Source: Selaginella moellendorffii
Lineage: Eukaryota > Plantae > Lycopodiophyta
NCBI RefSeq assembly: GCF_000143415.4
Contig: NW_003314296.1
Span: 1,587,858 to 1,651,857, forward strand
Reading direction: 5' to 3'
DNA: 64,000 nt
Below the pieces are notes generated by a model that was not told the origin of the DNA, searched no databases, and saw only the letters and a program-made list of their open reading frames with translations. The stretch's first letter is position 1. Every line of letters starts with the position of its first letter. Made by a program: the position numbers and the translations under genes. Positions 62,375-64,000 of the stretch are shown piece after piece.

Positions 62375-63658
62375 CAAATTCAAAACCAATATATTATTAG
62401 TCTTAATCACAATAATAGTATTTTAAGATGTAAATTATTTAATAATAATTATATTGCAATCTATGTAGATTCAAGTGAGGCTACTTGTTTTAAAATGTAA
62501 TTTTGCAATTTGTATGCAACACAATATATCTTTGTAAATTCCTTTATACTTATACTTATTTAAGAATGCACCGACAAGTTTCAATTTTTTTCCTTTATTT
62601 ACCTTGGGCTTCAATAATGTGGACTTCAATGATTGACTACAAGCTGAGACATATATTTGTGTCTTTTTAAGTGCAACAATCTCATTCAATCAGGAAATAT
62701 TGTCAAGCTAAATCTCCCTTTTTCCTCTTTTGTCCTAAAGTCTCTTTACTCTGGGAAAAAAAATAAAAAAAATAAAATATATATTAAGTAATAAAGTAAG
62801 TAATGATATAAAATATAAATAGAAGCTGTGATTTTTATCCATCAAAATTATCATTGTTACGAACTATTTTAGCACACTCTCAAAAATTTCAAATATTTAT
62901 TATCTTATAATGTATAATTCATAGATTATAAAATGCTACCTAAAATTCTTCATTATTGAAAATTATTTTAATAATTTAGAATACAGTAATAATTATATTA
63001 TAAATATTAGAAAATATTTTAATTGAAATGTAGCACAAAAAAATCAGTTGCTTTTCTTAAAGACTGATATTTTGTTTTCTACAAATTATGTATTCTTAAA
63101 GACAATTTAATAGACCAGGTCAAATTTTTATATAATTAAAAAATATTTATTTTTAGCTTCAATGTAATTTTCCTAAATAAGTATGACTAGTGTATTATTA
63201 TCTTAATTAATTAATTAATGAGATGATCAAGATAATGAATCAAGCTGCTATCAATCTAGAGCCTTTACTCTCCTATAAGTTGAGAAGCTTATAAATGGTG
63301 GTGGTGCTGGTAGTGTTGTGAAATGTATATACTATGTTTGAAAAATCTTAAAAGTAATATTACAGTAGTAACAACCTTGAATAACAGCAAGGTATTGGCA
63401 CTGAAATTTCAAATCATACCGTTCAGTATAGCATGTTAAATGGCTGTCCTTCAAATTAATTATATTGGATATACTAATTAAAATGTGAGTATAACTTTTA
63501 GTATAAGTCACTCTGTGAGTGCTTGAGATATGGGAATAGGTATATTAATTAGAGTTTATATATACAACAACGGGATGGACCAGATTCAATCCTAAATAGA
63601 TAATTTATATACTATAATACTATAATTAATGTAGTATCTAGCAAAAGTATTATCCATC

Positions 63659-63793
63659 GTGTGTGTGTGTTTATATATATATATATATATATANNNNNNN
63701 NNNNNNNNNNNNNNNNNNNNNNNNNNNNNNNNNNNNNNNNNNNNNNNNNNNNNNNNNNNNNNNNNNNNNNNNNNNNNNNNNNNNNNNNNNNNN
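63659..63793. repeat. (GT)n(TA)n microsatellite followed by a 100-N gap (63694-63793)
   Basis: Seen directly. Confidence 0.95.
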
Positions 63794-64000
63794 TTTACGA
63801 CCATAAGTAAAACTTACCTCTACATTTTCCCTTTGGTAAAAATTTAAAACCTATATTAACTTGGACTTATGACTTTCGTCTTTGTTTAGTACCACATATA
63901 AAAGGTTGAACTCACACCATTTATCCTTTATATCCTTTTTATCCCCCCTTAAAATGAAAATAAATTTTAAAGCATCGACTCCATTCGAACTCATTATACT

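Overview
Plant nuclear DNA, very probably the lycophyte Selaginella (inferred from ~50-bp introns and a 31-aa SS-type PPR array). Left part (1-24.7 kb): a tandem segmental duplication containing a short-type ABCC/MRP transporter pseudogene (hAT inserted in an exon), LEA_2, PITH and serine-carboxypeptidase fragments, a truncated HIRAN/RAD5-like 5' end and a 5-kb tRNA-Ala-primed Ty3/Gypsy element (family A). These are followed by an intact PITH-domain gene, an intact CHASE-domain cytokinin receptor and an inverted PPR pseudogene. Middle part (24.8-60 kb): a 35-kb retrotransposon pile that resolves by target-site duplications (TSDs) into five nesting levels: decayed Gypsy A2 > three-LTR family B tandem > solo LTR B > family C element > another B element. 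It also holds a TRIM, a solo LTR C and a Sola1-like MITE. Right part: an intronless PLS-class PPR gene. I found no clearly new protein-based system. The best candidate for an undescribed one is a set of three non-autonomous LTR families (B, C, TRIM) that share an iMet PBS and a covarying GAGGAC-loop hairpin about 20 nt before the 3' LTR; B and the TRIM also share LTR termini. Family names A/B/C are my own labels, and all alignments were done by eye.
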